A stretch of 32,528 nucleotides of DNA from Anaerolineales bacterium (GTDB lineage Bacteria > Chloroflexota > Anaerolineae > B4-G1 > DUEL01), in NCBI GenBank assembly GCA_015662065.1, contig DQUX01000240.1:1-32528 (forward strand), given 5' to 3'. Shown piece by piece: positions 31,797 to 32,528 of this stretch. The position numbers and the translations under genes were made by a program. Each line of letters starts with the position of its first letter. The stretch's first letter is position 1. Below the pieces are notes generated by a model, which saw only the letters and a list, made by a program, of their open reading frames with translations, was not told where the DNA came from and searched no databases.

Positions 31797-31869
31797 GGCG
31801 TAACTTCTGTCATTGTAACACGGACTCGAGGCCCGCCCGGTGTCGGTGAAGTTACAGTTCGATTACGCC
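31797..31869. repeat. Nested or alternative inverted repeats downstream of the ECF ATPase gene
   Basis: ggcgtaacttc (31797-31807) can pair with gaagttac (31848-31855), and its ggcgtaa part with ttacgcc (31863-31869). The region lies between the ecf-type gene stop and the HK promoter candidate. Confidence 0.6.
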
Positions 31870-31895
31870 GAAGTGAACGGGGGGTAAAGGGGGGA

Positions 31896-32528
31896 TCACG
31901 GCCGCTCCAGCCCGTGGGCTTCCAGCAGCCGCTCGTCTGAGAGGATCTCGACCGTGGGCCCATCCGCCACGATCCTCCCGCCATCTATGATGACGGTGCG
32001 GGGCAACAGTTCCATCACCAGCCGCATGTCGTGGGTAGCCGCCAACATCGTCTGCGGCAACTCCCGCAGCAGGCCGATCAACCGCCGACGCGCGCGGGGG
32101 TCCAGCCCCGCCGACGGCTCATCCAGCACCAGCACCTCCGGCTGCATCGAGAGAACCGTGGCGACGGCGGCCCGCTTCTTCTCCCCCAGGCTCAGGTGGT
32201 GGGACAACCGCTCCTCGAACCCCTCCAGCCCCACCTGAGAGAGCGCCCAGGCCACCCGTTGGCGCACCACGCTCTCCGGCAATCCCGCGTAGAGAGGACC
32301 ATAGGCCACGTCGTCGAAGACCGTCGGGGAGAAAAGCTGATCGTCGGGGTCCTGGAAGACCAGCCCCATCCGCGCCCGCAGTCGCCGGAGGTTCCCATCG
32401 CGCAGCTCCTCGCCGAACACACGGATGGTGCCCTCCCCCTGGAGCAGGCCAGCCAGCAGAAGCAACAGGGTGGACTTACCCGCCCCGTTAGGCCCCACCA
32501 GGGCCACCTTCTCCCCCCGCCCGACCGC
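31896..32528 (-). CDS. ECF / cobalt-type ABC transporter ATP-binding protein (CbiO/EcfA-like), 5' end outside the window
   Basis: The frame is open to the window edge (...AVGRGEKVALVGPNGAGKST). Walker A, signature LSLGEKKR, Walker B VLVLDEPSAGLD, and a C-terminal ...LLEAHGLERP typical of the family. Confidence 0.85.
   Translation of the reverse strand, partial: AVGRGEKVALVGPNGAGKSTLLLLLAGLLQGEGTIRVFGEELRDGNLRRLRARMGLVFQDPDDQLFSPTVFDDVAYGPLYAGLPESVVRQRVAWALSQVGLEGFEERLSHHLSLGEKKRAAVATVLSMQPEVLVLDEPSAGLDPRARRRLIGLLRELPQTMLAATHDMRLVMELLPRTVIIDGGRIVADGPTVEILSDERLLEAHGLERP

Noticed and set aside
31853-31869. tRNA-like T-arm (cagttcgattacgcc).
   Set aside because: There is no GGTTCGAATCC-type T-loop context, no acceptor stem and no anticodon arm around it. 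It is part of the nested inverted repeats.

Overview
High-GC (about two-thirds G+C by eye) bacterial chromosomal window, densely coding. I can support 23 protein genes, and no rRNA, tRNA, CRISPR or transposase genes. The gene content and Thr/Pro-rich linkers suggest a Chloroflexota-like thermophile, but this taxonomic guess is unverified.

Gene order:
- A DAO-family flavoprotein (+).
- A minus-strand operon of a non-pyrrolysine MttB-family methyltransferase, a corrinoid protein and a stand-alone homocysteine S-methyltransferase.
- sucCD (+).
- A two-domain GNAT, DegV and secDF (all -).
- A large membrane-anchored metallophosphoesterase, an SCP2 protein, an Fe-alcohol dehydrogenase and an M20 amidohydrolase (all +).
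- A roughly 15-kb minus-strand run: a giant PDZ/7TM/multi-GAF histidine kinase, an ABC ATPase, an ABC-2 permease fused to a SpoIIM-like domain, an MBL hydrolase, mreB, mreC, mreD, PBP2, and a 1116-aa DUF2723 (GT-C type) glycosyltransferase.
- The 3' part of an ECF/CbiO-type ATPase, which runs off the right edge.

Several near-consensus sigma70-type promoters can be read directly, including two back-to-back divergent pairs.

Main points of interest:
1. The MttB / corrinoid / homocysteine-methyltransferase operon looks like a split methionine synthase fed by a quaternary amine rather than methyl-THF.
2. A family of 7-9 nt short-period tandem and inverted repeats sits at gene boundaries. One 10-unit heptamer array lies exactly at the mttB / corrinoid-gene junction, and its unit count decides whether the two genes overlap, separate or fuse.
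3. Two intergenic-type repeat or hairpin segments are carried in-frame inside the DUF2723 gene.
4. That DUF2723 gene sits where rodA is normally found after mreBCD-pbp2.
5. A regulator-less HK, ABC exporter::SpoIIM and MBL operon lies directly upstream of the mre cluster.

Many long antisense ORFs in the six-frame track are GC-driven shadows and were rejected.
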